Both the position numbers and the translations under genes were made by a program. A DNA stretch of 60,366 bases, counting the filler. It is 6 parts of 6 records of this genome, joined end to end, with 100 filler letters (N's around TTAATTAATTAA, not from the genome) between each part and the next. Parts side by side here need not be neighbours in the genome. Positions count along the whole stretch, not along the records: positions 36,333 to 42,202 come from SRR31156797_22336; positions 42,303 to 55,142 come from SRR31156797_22338; 4 more parts are not named here. One strand, written 5' to 3'. The notes beneath the pieces are model-generated. The model had not been told where the DNA came from. It did no database searches and was given only the letters and a program-made list of their open reading frames with translations. Positions within the stretch are counted from its first letter, which is position 1. Every line of letters starts with the position of its first letter. Positions 38,745-50,422 of this stretch are shown piece after piece.

Positions 38745-40691
38745 CTACACATTAATAATCTGTACATCAGGAATTGAAAACCAGAAACTTGCTCCCTTTT
38801 CTGGATCTCCGTCGGCTCCGACTTCGCCACCATGACGATGTACTATCCTTTTTACTATGGCAATCCCTAAACCATCTCCTTCGAATTCACCTGCTTTGTG
38901 AAGACGCTGGAAAGCTCCAAAAAGCTGATTCTTGTATTTCCTATTAAAATCTGCTCCGTTATCCCTTATAGTGTAGACTGTTTTTTCGGTTTCCCTGTGG
39001 GACAAGACCTCAATCATGGGATTTTCTTCTCTTGATGTATACTTTAAAGCATTTGATAGAAGATTGGATAATACTTTGTGCATTAGTATTGGATCACCAT
39101 AGCAATCCTCAAGATCTTCAATGTTTATAACTAGTTTTTCTCTTCCAGAAATTTCCGTAAGCTCGAGGAAAACTGAATTAACAAGTTTATTCATGTTAAT
39201 CCTTGATTTCTGTACATCTGTCTTTGCCAGTTTTGAAAATGAAAGTAATTCATCGACAAGTATGCCCATTTTTCGGACGTTGTTCTCAATGATCGAGCAT
39301 ATGCGTTTTCCTTCTTCATCAAGCTGGCTTCCATACTCTTCTGTGAGGATTATTGAAAAGCCTTTTATTGCTCTTAGGGGTGCATGCAGGTCATGCGATA
39401 CGGAAAAACTGAAAGCTTCAAGTTCCCTGTTAACAGCCGTGAGCTGAGCAGTCCTTTCTTCAACACGCTTCTCAAGAGTTGCATTAAGTTTTTTAAGCTT
39501 TTCGTGGTATTTTTTCCTTTCCGTAATGTCTGTAACAACAACCTGAATAGCAGGTTTATTGTTATATGAAAGCACTGAAGCAGTCATTTCGACATCTATT
39601 GGGGTTCCATCTAAACGCAGATAGACATTTTCAACAGGAAAGCTTTCTTTTCTGCCTGAAAATAATCCTGATATTTTCTGTTTTTCTATTTCCATTTTAT
39701 CAGGATGTATGATGGTCTTTACGTCTCTTCCTATAAGTTCTTCACTGGACTTTGCTCCTACTAAGTTGAGAGCTTCAGGATTGGCATAAACAATTTTTTC
39801 ATCCTGATGGATGGCAATTCCAACCGGTGACACTTCGAGAATGTTACGATGTTGTTCCTCACTTTCACGTAATTTATTTTCAATATTTTTACGTTCTGTG
39901 ATATCCTGCAATATGCCAGTTATTTTTATAACCTTTCCATCTTCCACTTTTGGTATTCCACTTGTTCTGACCCACTTTTGATTACCTTTTGCAGTTGTAA
40001 ATTCAAGTTCAAGATCATAAGGTATTGCTTTTTCAATTGCATCATTAAATGCTTTTTCAAGTATCTCTCTTGATCCAGGTAGATAAAAAGATAGACCAGT
40101 TTCAATCCCAATAGCTTCATCAGAGTTAAGTTCATGAATTGTTATGACTTCTGATGTCCACTCGGTCTTTCCAGATACAATGTCTACTTCCCATCCTCCA
40201 ATTTGGCCAATTCTACCAACTTCACTAAGTAGGGCTTCACTTTTGTGTAAAGCTTCTTCAACACATTTGCGTTCAGTTATATCTCTTAGAAAACAAAAAA
40301 AACCGCACTCACTTCCCTGATATGTAAGGCTAACCTCTACATCCAGGTTTTGTCTATCCTTTGTCAAGTGCTGTGTCTCAAAGAAGTCACTTTTTTGGTC
40401 AATTATCTTTTGGCTATGGATTTCTGTCTGCATGGGAGTTTCCGTTGCTTCAAGGTCCCTTATGTGCATGCCAAACAGTTCTTCAGGAGTGTATCCACTC
40501 ATCTTGCAGTATGCTTTGTTGACATCAATGATCCTGCCGTTCATATCCACATGTAAAAAACCATCAAGAGCATTTTCAATAACCTGCCGGTATTTTTCGT
40601 CATGAGAAAAATCAATTTCTACAGGTTCTTCGTCTGATCGTTTTACTTTATATCTATTCTTTTTTCTAAAAATAGAGGAATAGTTATCCAT
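38745..40691 (-). CDS. Multi-PAS sensor histidine kinase
   Basis: Three PAS/PAC units ending DITERK; HisKA SHDLHAPL; N box NLLSNALKY; G2 GDGLGIAIV. Confidence 0.9.
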   Translation of the reverse strand: MDNYSSIFRKKNRYKVKRSDEEPVEIDFSHDEKYRQVIENALDGFLHVDMNGRIIDVNKAYCKMSGYTPEELFGMHIRDLEATETPMQTEIHSQKIIDQKSDFFETQHLTKDRQNLDVEVSLTYQGSECGFFCFLRDITERKCVEEALHKSEALLSEVGRIGQIGGWEVDIVSGKTEWTSEVITIHELNSDEAIGIETGLSFYLPGSREILEKAFNDAIEKAIPYDLELEFTTAKGNQKWVRTSGIPKVEDGKVIKITGILQDITERKNIENKLRESEEQHRNILEVSPVGIAIHQDEKIVYANPEALNLVGAKSSEELIGRDVKTIIHPDKMEIEKQKISGLFSGRKESFPVENVYLRLDGTPIDVEMTASVLSYNNKPAIQVVVTDITERKKYHEKLKKLNATLEKRVEERTAQLTAVNRELEAFSFSVSHDLHAPLRAIKGFSIILTEEYGSQLDEEGKRICSIIENNVRKMGILVDELLSFSKLAKTDVQKSRINMNKLVNSVFLELTEISGREKLVINIEDLEDCYGDPILMHKVLSNLLSNALKYTSREENPMIEVLSHRETEKTVYTIRDNGADFNRKYKNQLFGAFQRLHKAGEFEGDGLGIAIVKRIVHRHGGEVGADGDPEKGASFWFSIPDVQIINV

Positions 40692-40940
40692 AAATTTCCC
40701 TTACCCAAACAATAATTTACTTCGAGTAAATTATGTGCAATTGTTACTTTATACAGTCTTATTTATTAAACTTTTGTATTCATATGAAATTCAATAATTA
40801 AAACGTAAATAAATGTTATTAAAAAATAAATTAGTTATATTTGTACATTATTACTTGAGACTTTCATTCATTCTTTATTTCCAAAAAGTAGAATACAATT
40901 TATTGTGTAGTTCCTTTATAGGTAGTAAACCGGGGTTCCC

Positions 40941-41168
40941 ATGATACTTATACAAAAAAGATACCAGGATGAAGCTGTAGAAATTGATGAGAATGATATC
41001 GATTGTGTGAAGTTGAACCTTTCAATTACAAGGAAGGTCTGCTGTGGTGGCAGGGAGAAGAAGAACTATGATCTTGGATGGATAGAGAATCCCAGAGACA
41101 TGAAGATAAGCACAGTCAAGGATTATAAGGTCAAGGACAGAGTTCTTGAGGTGTGGATCGAGCCGTGA
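40941..41168 (+). CDS. Small hypothetical protein with a CC motif
   Basis: 75-aa ORF, RKVCCGGR, ends VLEVWIEP. Confidence 0.6.
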   Translation: MILIQKRYQDEAVEIDENDIDCVKLNLSITRKVCCGGREKKNYDLGWIENPRDMKISTVKDYKVKDRVLEVWIEP

Positions 41169-41177
41169 TCTGCCAGG

Positions 41178-41235
41178 AAAAATAATCTATTGCTTAAACT
41201 TTACTCCTGCATTCAAGTGAGGAATTCTACAGAGC
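41178..41235 (-). mobile_element. Solo end fragment of the MITE-like element (copy E)
   Basis: Reverse complement GCTCTGTAGAATTCCTCACTTGAATGCAGGAGTAAAGTTTAAGCAATAGAT closely matches the left end of copy A. Confidence 0.75.
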
Positions 41236-41382
41236 TGAAAAATATAAATGACATATATTTTATAAAAATAGTTTATACAAACAAAATCAATTATTATTTA
41301 CTGATCTATTTTAAATAAAATTGGTACATAAGTGCGCATCAGGTAGATTAGAAGTTATGTCTGTTCGTTGGATGTGAACTAA

Positions 41383-42168
41383 GTGAAAAAACGGTTACTT
41401 GATGTAGTATTTGCTTCTGATAAGAGAAAGAATGTTCTATTGTTCTTACAGGATGGGGCAAAAGAAATGGATATTCTCCTTGAGTTATTGGACACAGCAA
41501 GACATTCATTACTTCCTCAAATGAAGATTCTGAAAGAACATCATCTGATCTTTCAATATGATGACACTTATGAATTGACATCAATTGGAAAACTTATCGT
41601 TAAAGATATGATTCCTTTGCTAGACAAGATTGATGTTATTGATGTTGGTGTCGATTACTGGGGAAGTCGACGTCTTGACTTCATTCCAGCCCACTTATTA
41701 GAAAAAATAGGTCAGCTTAAGGATTGCGAAATAATAAACCCGCCTATCACAGAATTATTTTCCATGCATAAATCCTTCAATGTTGGTTACAAAGTCTCCC
41801 CGCGTGTATATGTCGTTACCTCTACACTCTACCCTAATTTTGATTCAATGATTGCAGAATTGATTGAGAATAATGTTGATTTTCACTATGTAGTTTCTCA
41901 GGAATTACTTAATAAGATAAGAACAGACTACCAAAATGAATTTGCAGGTTTTATCAATAATGAATTCTTCCATATGTATGTTTACACTAAAGAGATGAAA
42001 TTCTTGTATTTTACATTTGATAGTGTTCACTCTTTAATAAGTGCTTTCAATAATAATGGGGAATTTGATTATAAGTTCATGTTATGTAAAGGGCAGAGTG
42101 CAGTTGACTGGACAAGAGAGCTTTATGAACATATCCTTAAAGATTCAACACCGGTAAATAAAATATAA
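41383..42168 (+). CDS. Winged-helix transcriptional regulator with DUF1724-type C-terminal domain
   Basis: ASDKRKNVLL.L..G, LLPQMKIL, YELTSIGK, YW....LDFIP, AVDW..ELYE; a family expanded in Methanosarcinaceae. Confidence 0.8.
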   Translation: MKKRLLDVVFASDKRKNVLLFLQDGAKEMDILLELLDTARHSLLPQMKILKEHHLIFQYDDTYELTSIGKLIVKDMIPLLDKIDVIDVGVDYWGSRRLDFIPAHLLEKIGQLKDCEIINPPITELFSMHKSFNVGYKVSPRVYVVTSTLYPNFDSMIAELIENNVDFHYVVSQELLNKIRTDYQNEFAGFINNEFFHMYVYTKEMKFLYFTFDSVHSLISAFNNNGEFDYKFMLCKGQSAVDWTRELYEHILKDSTPVNKI

Positions 42169-42202
42169 AAACTATACGCTATCAAAGACATTTTTAAAGG
42201 TA

Positions 42203-42302
42203 NNNNNNNNNNNNNNNNNNNNNNNNNNNNNNNNNNNNNNNNNNNNTTAATTAATTAANNNNNNNNNNNNNNNNNNNNNNNNNNNNNNNNNNNNNNNNNN
42301 NN
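42203..42302. other. Artificial contig spacer
   Basis: N-run with TTAATTAATTAA. Confidence 0.99.
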
Positions 42303-42934
42303 TTTACCAGCCAGACATCTCCAGCCACATTGTAGTCACCGAGTATATTGATCCTGTATTCAGATGTGAACTCAGGTTCCTTTGTTCCGACAAGTTCCAT
42401 AAGTGCATTACATGCTGCCTTATACCCATCGGACTTCGTTCCCTTGAATCCTTCTGACTTTACAGGTAGTACGGGTATTCCTACCCTTTCGGTTGCTTCT
42501 TTACAAATGGCTTCGAGATCATCGCCGATTATTCCGACAATACAGGTTGAATAGACAAAGATGGCAGGTGGATTATACAACTCGACCAGTTCGTCAATGC
42601 TGTTTGAGAGTTTTTTCTCCCCACCGAATACAACGTCTAGCTCTTTCATATCAGTTGAAAAACTGGTACGGAAAGTCTCCTTGTCACTTGACAGGCTACC
42701 TCTGATGTCCCAGGTGTAGCTTGCACACCCTATGGGACCGTGCACGAGGTGAATTGCATCGGTTACGGGATTAAGTGCCACACGTGCTCCTGAATATACA
42801 CAGGCTCTCTGGCTCATGGAACCGGCAATTGATGTACTATCGCATGCAAGTTCTCCGGACTTGTTTGCCTGCTTCAGTTCTATGTATGGCTTTCTTTCAT
42901 CCAGCGTGTTTACCACGCTTGTAATGTCTGGCAT
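42303..42934 (-). CDS. nifE: FeMo-cofactor scaffold NifE, 3'-truncated
   Basis: [39 protein letters not shown]; follows nifK. Confidence 0.92.
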
Positions 42935-42967
42935 GTTCTCACTCCAAAAATATTTAAAGAGGTCGTT

Positions 42968-44338
42968 TTATTGAACGACCTCAAGTTCTTCTTCAGGAAT
43001 CGTCTTATCCTTTATATCCAGGAAAGTGTTTCCTATCCACTCGATCATGCGAGCTGCTCCTGCGTATCCCATGACCGGGAAGTGGTGCAGGTTTGCCCTG
43101 TCCATGATTGGGAACCCAACCCTGATCAGTGGGATATCCTCGGCAAGAGCAATGTGCTTACCATAGGTGTTACCGATCAGCATATCTACAGGCTCGTTCT
43201 TTATGATCTGATGGAGTGTAAATAGGTCTGCTCCGGTAAGGATCTGTGAATCTGGATACACTTCATGTACCATTTCTGAAACCCTTTCCTCGAAAGCCTT
43301 GCTAACTGAACCTGAGAGGACCACAGTTGGTTCCATTCCCATTTCAAGCACCAGGCTTGTCAGACCTTCAATTATGTCGCAGTCACCAAATATGGCTACC
43401 TTCTTTCCATAGAAGTGTGGGTGAGCATCTGTCATCATATCAACGATCCTTGCTCTTTCATCTTCCAGTTCCGGTGGGATTGGGACATTTGCAAGTTCTG
43501 CTGCCTTCATTATGAACCTGTCAGTGTAACGAACACCTATTGGTACAGGTCCGATCTGTACTGGCATCTTGAACTTGCTCTTGAATACATTAGCTGCTGC
43601 GCCTCCTGCCATTCCACAGAGTGCAATGGTTCCCAGTGAGTTTGCGCTGTCCTCAACATCTCCTATTGGTGTACCGCCCTTTGCAAAGAGACTTCCCTCT
43701 CCGGTAATTCCTGCATCAAAGACATCTGTCTGGTCAGGGAATACTATAGTTGGGATATTCATGACGGAGAGTATTCTCTTCATCTCGCGTATATCTCCAG
43801 GGTCTACAAAACCCGGGATCATGTTAAGCTTACCATTTGGCTTTGTCTTTGTGGCAAAGGTCGTAACGAATGACTTTACCATGTTGTCATAGCCTGTTAC
43901 GTGGGAGCCTACATAACTTGGGGTTGATGCAGCACAGAGCTTGATTGATGGATCGATGAGCTCTTCCATCTCTACATCTTCTATGATCTGGTTAACGTCA
44001 TCACCAATTGTCTCTGAGAGACATGTTGTGTGAATTGCAACAACTTCTGGTGGGTATACTGCCTCAATGTTTGCGAGTGCCTTCTTGAGGTTTGATGCAC
44101 CACCAAAAACGGCGGTTCCTTCATAGAAACTACTGGTAGTTCCTACAGTTTGTTCCCTGAAGTGCCTTGTAAGGCACATTCTCAGGTATGAGAGACATCC
44201 CTGTGATCCATGGCTGTGTGGCATACAGTTGTGTATGCCCATTGCAGCATATGATGCGCCAATAGGCTGACAGATCTTGGCAGGATTGACCACCAGTGCA
44301 TCTCTCTTAACTTCTTCCTTTGGTGTATAATCTAACAT
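42968..44338 (-). CDS. nifK: Nitrogenase MoFe protein beta chain
   Basis: NPAKICQPIGA, HGSQGC, TTCLSETIGDD, GFPIMDR. Confidence 0.96.
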   Translation of the reverse strand: MLDYTPKEEVKRDALVVNPAKICQPIGASYAAMGIHNCMPHSHGSQGCLSYLRMCLTRHFREQTVGTTSSFYEGTAVFGGASNLKKALANIEAVYPPEVVAIHTTCLSETIGDDVNQIIEDVEMEELIDPSIKLCAASTPSYVGSHVTGYDNMVKSFVTTFATKTKPNGKLNMIPGFVDPGDIREMKRILSVMNIPTIVFPDQTDVFDAGITGEGSLFAKGGTPIGDVEDSANSLGTIALCGMAGGAAANVFKSKFKMPVQIGPVPIGVRYTDRFIMKAAELANVPIPPELEDERARIVDMMTDAHPHFYGKKVAIFGDCDIIEGLTSLVLEMGMEPTVVLSGSVSKAFEERVSEMVHEVYPDSQILTGADLFTLHQIIKNEPVDMLIGNTYGKHIALAEDIPLIRVGFPIMDRANLHHFPVMGYAGAARMIEWIGNTFLDIKDKTIPEEELEVVQ

Positions 44339-44351
44339 TTTTTTCCCTCCC

Positions 44352-45935
44352 TTACTGTGCCTTCCATGGGGTCTTAATAAGCTTCCAGCTTGGGTTGTTC
44401 ACTGCCATATCGACATCTCTTGCGAAGTTAAGTACACCTGAGAAACCGGTGTAACGTCCGCTGTAATCATAGGAGTGAATCTGTCTGGATGGAATTCCCA
44501 TCTTCTGTGCCATGTACTTGTCCTTGATGCCTGAACAGAAAAGGTCTGGCTTGAGTTCCTTAATGAGGAATTCGGTCTCGTAGTGGTTCAGGTCGTCCAC
44601 CATAATAGCACCATCCTTCATTTCTGGCATCATTCCTTCATAGGACATGAGGCCAAGCTTTTCCTTGAGCTCTTCCATACGTTCCGGGCTGATAGCTGGT
44701 GTGAAATTCTCATCTCTTTCATAGTGGAGATCTTCAAGTATTCCACTGGATGCCTTTTCCTTCAGGGTGTCAAGTATCTGCCTTCCTTCATAGTCATCAC
44801 GGTGAGCGAACTGGTATCCTGCAACAAGGACCTTCATACCAAGATCTTCAAAGAGATTCTGGTAGTGGTGTGACCTTGATCCACCGGAGTAGATGAATGC
44901 TGTCTTACCCTGAAGCTTGTTCCTGTACTTTTCAAGCTCTGGCTGGATCTTTGCCATTTCCTCTTCGATAACTTCTTCGGTCTTCCTGGTAAGCTCTTCA
45001 TTATCGAAGAACTCTGCCATCTTTCTGAGTGACTTCTTAGTACCTTCGACACCAACGTAGTTGACCTTTAACCATGGAACTCCGTACTTCTCTTCCATCA
45101 TACGGTTAGTGTAGTTAACTGACCTGTGACAGAGGAGGATACTGAGCTTTGCCTGGTGTGCCTTTGAAAGATTGTGGAATGAACCGTCTCCTGTGAAACT
45201 TGATACAATGCGGTATCCTACCTTCTCAAAGAGAGGCTTGACTTCCCATAGGTCACCACCAATGTTGTATTCACCAAAGATGTTGATGTCAAATGGTGTT
45301 GGGTTCTCCAGTTCTTCAGTACCGATAAACTGTTCCATGATCACGTTACTTGCAACGTGGTGTCCTGCTGACTGACTTACTCCTCTGTATCCTTCACAGC
45401 GAAGAGCCAGTACCTTTAAACCAGGGTAATCCTTTTCTGCAGTACGTGCCACATCTTCAATATCGTCGCCGATAAGTCCTACCGGGCATGTTGCATTGAT
45501 GGAAATAGCTCCTGGCTTGAAGATTCTCATTGCATCATCAATTGCTTCCTTAAGCTTCTTTTCACCACCAAAGACAATATCTGTTTCCTTCATGTCTGTT
45601 GAGAAACAGTACTGCATGTAGTTGTCGCCGCCGTCTTCTGCCTTGGCCATGTTACGCCTGGTTCCCCAAGTGTAGTATCCACAGCCAATTGGTCCGTGTG
45701 TGATGTGAACCATATCCTTGATAGGTCCCATTACCACACCCTTACCACCAGCATAGGCACAACCACGGTTTGTCATTATGCCTGGGAGGGTCTTAGCGTT
45801 AGCTTCGATATGCTGCTCTGTTTCGCAGGAATCCTTGACAGTTAAGTGCTTTTTCCTGTCCTTTGCAGTCTTCTCAGGGTAGATCTTCATCATCTCGTCG
45901 ATGACGTTCTGTGTATTTTCTACTTCAGAACTCAT
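44352..45935 (-). CDS. nifD: Nitrogenase MoFe protein alpha chain (group II type)
   Basis: [40 protein letters not shown] plus long insertion, HSYDY. Confidence 0.96.
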   Translation of the reverse strand: MSSEVENTQNVIDEMMKIYPEKTAKDRKKHLTVKDSCETEQHIEANAKTLPGIMTNRGCAYAGGKGVVMGPIKDMVHITHGPIGCGYYTWGTRRNMAKAEDGGDNYMQYCFSTDMKETDIVFGGEKKLKEAIDDAMRIFKPGAISINATCPVGLIGDDIEDVARTAEKDYPGLKVLALRCEGYRGVSQSAGHHVASNVIMEQFIGTEELENPTPFDINIFGEYNIGGDLWEVKPLFEKVGYRIVSSFTGDGSFHNLSKAHQAKLSILLCHRSVNYTNRMMEEKYGVPWLKVNYVGVEGTKKSLRKMAEFFDNEELTRKTEEVIEEEMAKIQPELEKYRNKLQGKTAFIYSGGSRSHHYQNLFEDLGMKVLVAGYQFAHRDDYEGRQILDTLKEKASSGILEDLHYERDENFTPAISPERMEELKEKLGLMSYEGMMPEMKDGAIMVDDLNHYETEFLIKELKPDLFCSGIKDKYMAQKMGIPSRQIHSYDYSGRYTGFSGVLNFARDVDMAVNNPSWKLIKTPWKAQ

Positions 45936-46312
45936 TCCACATTCCTCTCTACAGTCATTTCTCCAGATTCGCCGGTTCTTACTCTGTAAGCTTCAGGTAT
46001 GTCTGTAACAAAGATCTTACCATCTCCTGCCTGGCCTGTCTGGTTGATCTTGATTATCTTCTGTACTACCCTGTCAGCTGCCTTGTCGTCCACTACGATG
46101 GTGAACAGTCTCTTTGGGACAAAAGGCACGTGTGTAAGTTCAGGGTTTTCTTCCTGTTCAGGAAGTGGTGGATTGAACTCAAAGCACAATCCCTTTTGCT
46201 TACCACGGCCCATCACCTTCTCTACGGTGAATGAGGGGTATCCGCACCCATCAAGGGCATCAAGTGTCTTGTGCACCTTGTTCATGCGAATAATTGCCGT
46301 TATTTCCTTCAT
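45932..46312 (-). CDS. nifI2: PII-family nitrogenase regulator NifI2
   Basis: [36 protein letters not shown]; position between nifI1 and nifD. Confidence 0.92.
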   Translation of the reverse strand: MKEITAIIRMNKVHKTLDALDGCGYPSFTVEKVMGRGKQKGLCFEFNPPLPEQEENPELTHVPFVPKRLFTIVVDDKAADRVVQKIIKINQTGQAGDGKIFVTDIPEAYRVRTGESGEMTVERNVE

Positions 46313-46331
46313 TTGCGATTCCTCCGCAGGT

Positions 46332-46658
46332 TTAAAGTCCGCTTGCGCCTGTACGAATTGTATATGCGCTTTCTACCGGGTTTACGAAGACCTTACCGTC
46401 TCCATACTTTCCTGTGTGAGCTGAAGTCTTGATAGTTTCAAGGACTGTATCCTTGTCAGCATCTTCAACTACCAGCATGAGCATTGTCTTTGGGAGTTCG
46501 TCAAACTGTACTTCAGCTGTGTGAATGCCTCTCTGCTTACCTCTGCCGAATACATCGGACTTGGTGAGGGATACAAAGCCTTCCTTCTCGAGTGCTTCTA
46601 CTACATCAGTTACCTTGTTCGGCCTGATAATTGCACGGATCATCTGCATTTTTTTCAC
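46332..46658 (-). CDS. nifI1: PII-family nitrogenase regulator NifI1
   Basis: [34 protein letters not shown]; follows nifH. Confidence 0.92.
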   Translation of the reverse strand: MKKMQMIRAIIRPNKVTDVVEALEKEGFVSLTKSDVFGRGKQRGIHTAEVQFDELPKTMLMLVVEDADKDTVLETIKTSAHTGKYGDGKVFVNPVESAYTIRTGASGL

Positions 46659-46672
46659 CTCAAATACTACAC

Positions 46673-47506
<834 letters not shown>

Positions 47507-47589
47507 CTATACTTATTTGATGTATTTTTGTTGTGTTTATGTTGTACGATTGTGTGTTTATTGGAGCTGCGTGATTTGTATCGTACAAC

Positions 47590-47621
47590 GGAATCCTATG
47601 TACTAGGTTACAATATATAAA
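47590..47621 (-). promoter_or_regulatory. Putative nif promoter: TATA box and degenerate NrpR-type site
   Basis: TTTATATA on the minus strand at 47614-47621; GGAA-TCCTAT-GTAC at 47590-47603 has one perfect half of GGAA-N6-TTCC. Confidence 0.5.
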
Positions 47622-47870
47622 GTTATGTATCAAAATTTATTGAGTTTTACTTGGGATTTCAGAAAAAACAATATCAATAGAGTCTTTAATTGGGCCAAGT
47701 CAAAAAAAGATAAAAGTTAGTGCTTTTTGGTATTTTCCTTCAAAAAATGGTTATTCTTGCCAAATACCAGTAAACATTTATATACTAGAAACATCTGAAA
47801 TTAGATTAACTGATTGACGTTTCCGGTCAAGGCAATATTCATGATTGCTGTAATATGATCTATGAAGTAT

Positions 47871-48252
47871 GGCTCTGCAGTGATCCTGTTATCTATAATT
47901 TTAAACACAACAACTTTCAATAGTCATCAGGATTATAGCAAGGGAACGTTCCGCCTACGGCGGTTATTTGTATTGTTTTTTGGATGATGACGATTTTTTG
48001 TAGAGCTATTAGAAACACAAGGTTACAGAGAACAATAAGTTTAACTAATCGAAAGCCTTGAATAAGTTCACCAGTCCCGAAGGGTTCCGGCGAAGCCGGC
48101 GCAATCCTAAAAGATGAAGAAAATAATCTGTTGCTTTCAACTCTTTTTTACGTTGTAATTAAAAACCGTGCGTTGTCCCTAAAACTGGTCGTTCACAATC
48201 AGGTAGCTATGCACGATCACATGAACTATTAAAATCAGGAGTTCTACATATC
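47871..48252 (-). mobile_element. MITE-like element, copy F
   Basis: GGCTCTGCAG...GTTCTACATATC ends; CCGCCTACGGCGG, CCCGAAGGGTTCCGGCGAAGCCGGC, AATCTGTTGCTTTCAACT. Confidence 0.8.
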
Positions 48253-48401
48253 TAAAATAATAGTTCTGATTTTACCCCTGTTACAGCGGCTTATTATTTT
48301 AAAAACAATAGTTACAAATTGTTGTAGCCAAAGGTATCCTTAATATTTCGGGTTTAAAAAACTCGTGTAGAAAAGTGTATACATATCTGAACAGATACTT
48401 T

Positions 48402-49874
48402 TCACATAGCTTTCTTCACAGTGAACCAGAAAATACTGCCCTTACCTTCAGGATTATCCACTACACCAACACTCTCACCATGCAGGTCTATGATCCTTTT
48501 GACAATGGCAAGTCCGATACCATTTCCCTTTATGTTTTCTTTGTGAAGTCTGTTAAAACGGTCAAATACGGCTCCTTTATCCTTGTCCGGTATCCCGTCA
48601 CCCTGATCTTTGACCTTTACTTTCCATTTGTCACCAAAATCTTCTATAAACACGAAAATTGTGCTTTTCTCAGGGCTGTATTTTATGGCATTGGATATAA
48701 GATTCGAAAAAACAGCTTCTATCATAGGATTGGCGAGTGCGGGACAACTGGCTCCGATTTGCATGTCGGCTTTCATGTCCTTACTCAGCATGACATGTGA
48801 AAAGCTTTCCATTAAATTTCTTAAAACAGTTGCCAGGTCTGTTCTTATTATTGCCATTTCATCCATTGATTCAAGTTTTGCAAGTTGCGCAGCATCCTCA
48901 ATGAGTTCTATTAGTTTGGAATTTGACTTTTGGATATTTTCAATTATATGCTTTTGCTTATCAGATGTCTCAGTTTCTTCAAGGAGTTCTGTAAATGATT
49001 TTATAAGTCCTGCGGGGTTTAACAGATCATGACGCAGAACATCAGTGAACAGATCTTTTAACTCATTTGAATGCTTCAACTGTTCTGCATACTTCATAAG
49101 CTTGATTTCATCCATCCTTTTTTGAGTGATATCCTCTCCTGATATAAGGATGTATTTCTTGTCACAAACTTCATCTGTCAGAATTGAGTCATAACATCTA
49201 AATAATTTTTCTTTTCTTGTGATGGTCATTATCGGGTACTCGTGGTACTCTGTACTTCCTGTTCCATCACTTTGCATTTTTTCGTATCTGTTCTTTACAT
49301 GGTCTACGTAGCTTTCTGCAACAAAAAGATCCATCCAGTCTCTATTCAGAATGTTGCTCCTGTTGTATCCGAGAATGTCTGCTCCTTTTTTATTTATATG
49401 TATGAGCTTGTAGTTGTTATCGAGAACCGCTACCAGACTACCTATGTAGTCGAGGTACTCATATGCTTTGTTGCGGTCCATAAGCAGTGAATCATGCTGT
49501 TCTTTGATTCTTAAAAGCGCCGTTATCTTCTTTTCAAGCTCAAATTTGTCAGCAGGTTTTTTGAGAAAATCATCTGCACCAACTTCGATGCCTTTCTGAT
49601 GGTCATCTTTAGATGTCAGTGCAGTGAGCATTATTATTGGTATAAAATCAAGTTTATAGTCCTTTTTTATGATCTTGCAGACATCAAATCCATCCATTCC
49701 GGGCATAACTATATCTAAGAGTATGAGGTCAGGTTCTTCAGCCTTTACTCTTTCAAGGCCTTCTTCACCATTTGGTGCGGTGACCACTTCATAGGTATCT
49801 GAAAGGTAGGATGTTAAAATGTTGACGTTGATTTTTTCATCATCGATTATCAATATTCTTTGTCTGCGTACCAC
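48402..49874 (-). CDS. Hybrid receiver-PAS-histidine kinase
   Basis: ILIIDD...DLILLDIVMPGMDG...KP receiver; PAS; RHDLLNP H-box; NAIKYS, DQGDG, GNGIGL; GTG start inferred. Confidence 0.9.
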   Translation of the reverse strand: MVRRQRILIIDDEKINVNILTSYLSDTYEVVTAPNGEEGLERVKAEEPDLILLDIVMPGMDGFDVCKIIKKDYKLDFIPIIMLTALTSKDDHQKGIEVGADDFLKKPADKFELEKKITALLRIKEQHDSLLMDRNKAYEYLDYIGSLVAVLDNNYKLIHINKKGADILGYNRSNILNRDWMDLFVAESYVDHVKNRYEKMQSDGTGSTEYHEYPIMTITRKEKLFRCYDSILTDEVCDKKYILISGEDITQKRMDEIKLMKYAEQLKHSNELKDLFTDVLRHDLLNPAGLIKSFTELLEETETSDKQKHIIENIQKSNSKLIELIEDAAQLAKLESMDEMAIIRTDLATVLRNLMESFSHVMLSKDMKADMQIGASCPALANPMIEAVFSNLISNAIKYSPEKSTIFVFIEDFGDKWKVKVKDQGDGIPDKDKGAVFDRFNRLHKENIKGNGIGLAIVKRIIDLHGESVGVVDNPEGKGSIFWFTVKKAM

Positions 49875-49950
49875 GTATATCAACCAATATATACTTTGCA
49901 TATTATATTAGTTTTGTGATTTACATCTGTGATGAGGATTAATTAGGGAA

Positions 49951-50033
49951 GAGCCCCGGAAAACTATGGAAGTGCTATATTGTGACAACTGGACTACAGA
50001 ATCCTGTTATAGGTATTTGAATTCCCGGGGCTC
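49951..50033. repeat. Inverted repeat downstream of glnK
   Basis: GAGCCCCGG ... CCGGGGCTC, 9-bp perfect GC-rich arms in AT-rich DNA. Confidence 0.5.
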
Positions 50034-50077
50034 ACGGTGAATAACGTATATTTAAAAAAATAAAGAAGAGAGAGCAC

Positions 50078-50416
50078 TTAAAGTGCTTCTCCGTCTGTTT
50101 CTCCTGTACGGATCCTGATGATCTTGCTTACAGGGTACATGAAGATCTTACCGTCACCAATGGAGCCGGTTGCTGAGGTCTTCATGATGATGTCAACAAC
50201 TGTGTCGGCATCTTCTTCCTTTACTACGATCTCCATTTTAATCTTTGGAAGGAGGTCAACGCAATACTTGCGCCCTCTCCACTGCTGCATTACGCCCTTC
50301 TGCTTACCACGGCCTTTTACATCGGTCACGGTGATACTTTCATATCCTGCTTCTTCCAGTGCGTCCTTGACCTCATGGATCTTTGTAGGTCTTATGATTG
50401 CTTCTATCTTCATCAT
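50078..50416 (-). CDS. glnK: PII nitrogen regulatory protein
   Basis: KIEAIIRP, VKGRGKQKG, DLLPK, TGSIGDGKIF, IRIRTGE; directly after amtB. Confidence 0.93.
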   Translation of the reverse strand: MMKIEAIIRPTKIHEVKDALEEAGYESITVTDVKGRGKQKGVMQQWRGRKYCVDLLPKIKMEIVVKEEDADTVVDIIMKTSATGSIGDGKIFMYPVSKIIRIRTGETDGEAL

Positions 50417-50422
50417 TTGTTA

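Noticed and set aside
42968-45935. Alternative (V/Fe) nitrogenase or Nif-like (Cfb) proteins
   Set aside because: No vnfG/anfG between D and K; cofactor-ligand motifs and nifE downstream fit Mo-nitrogenase
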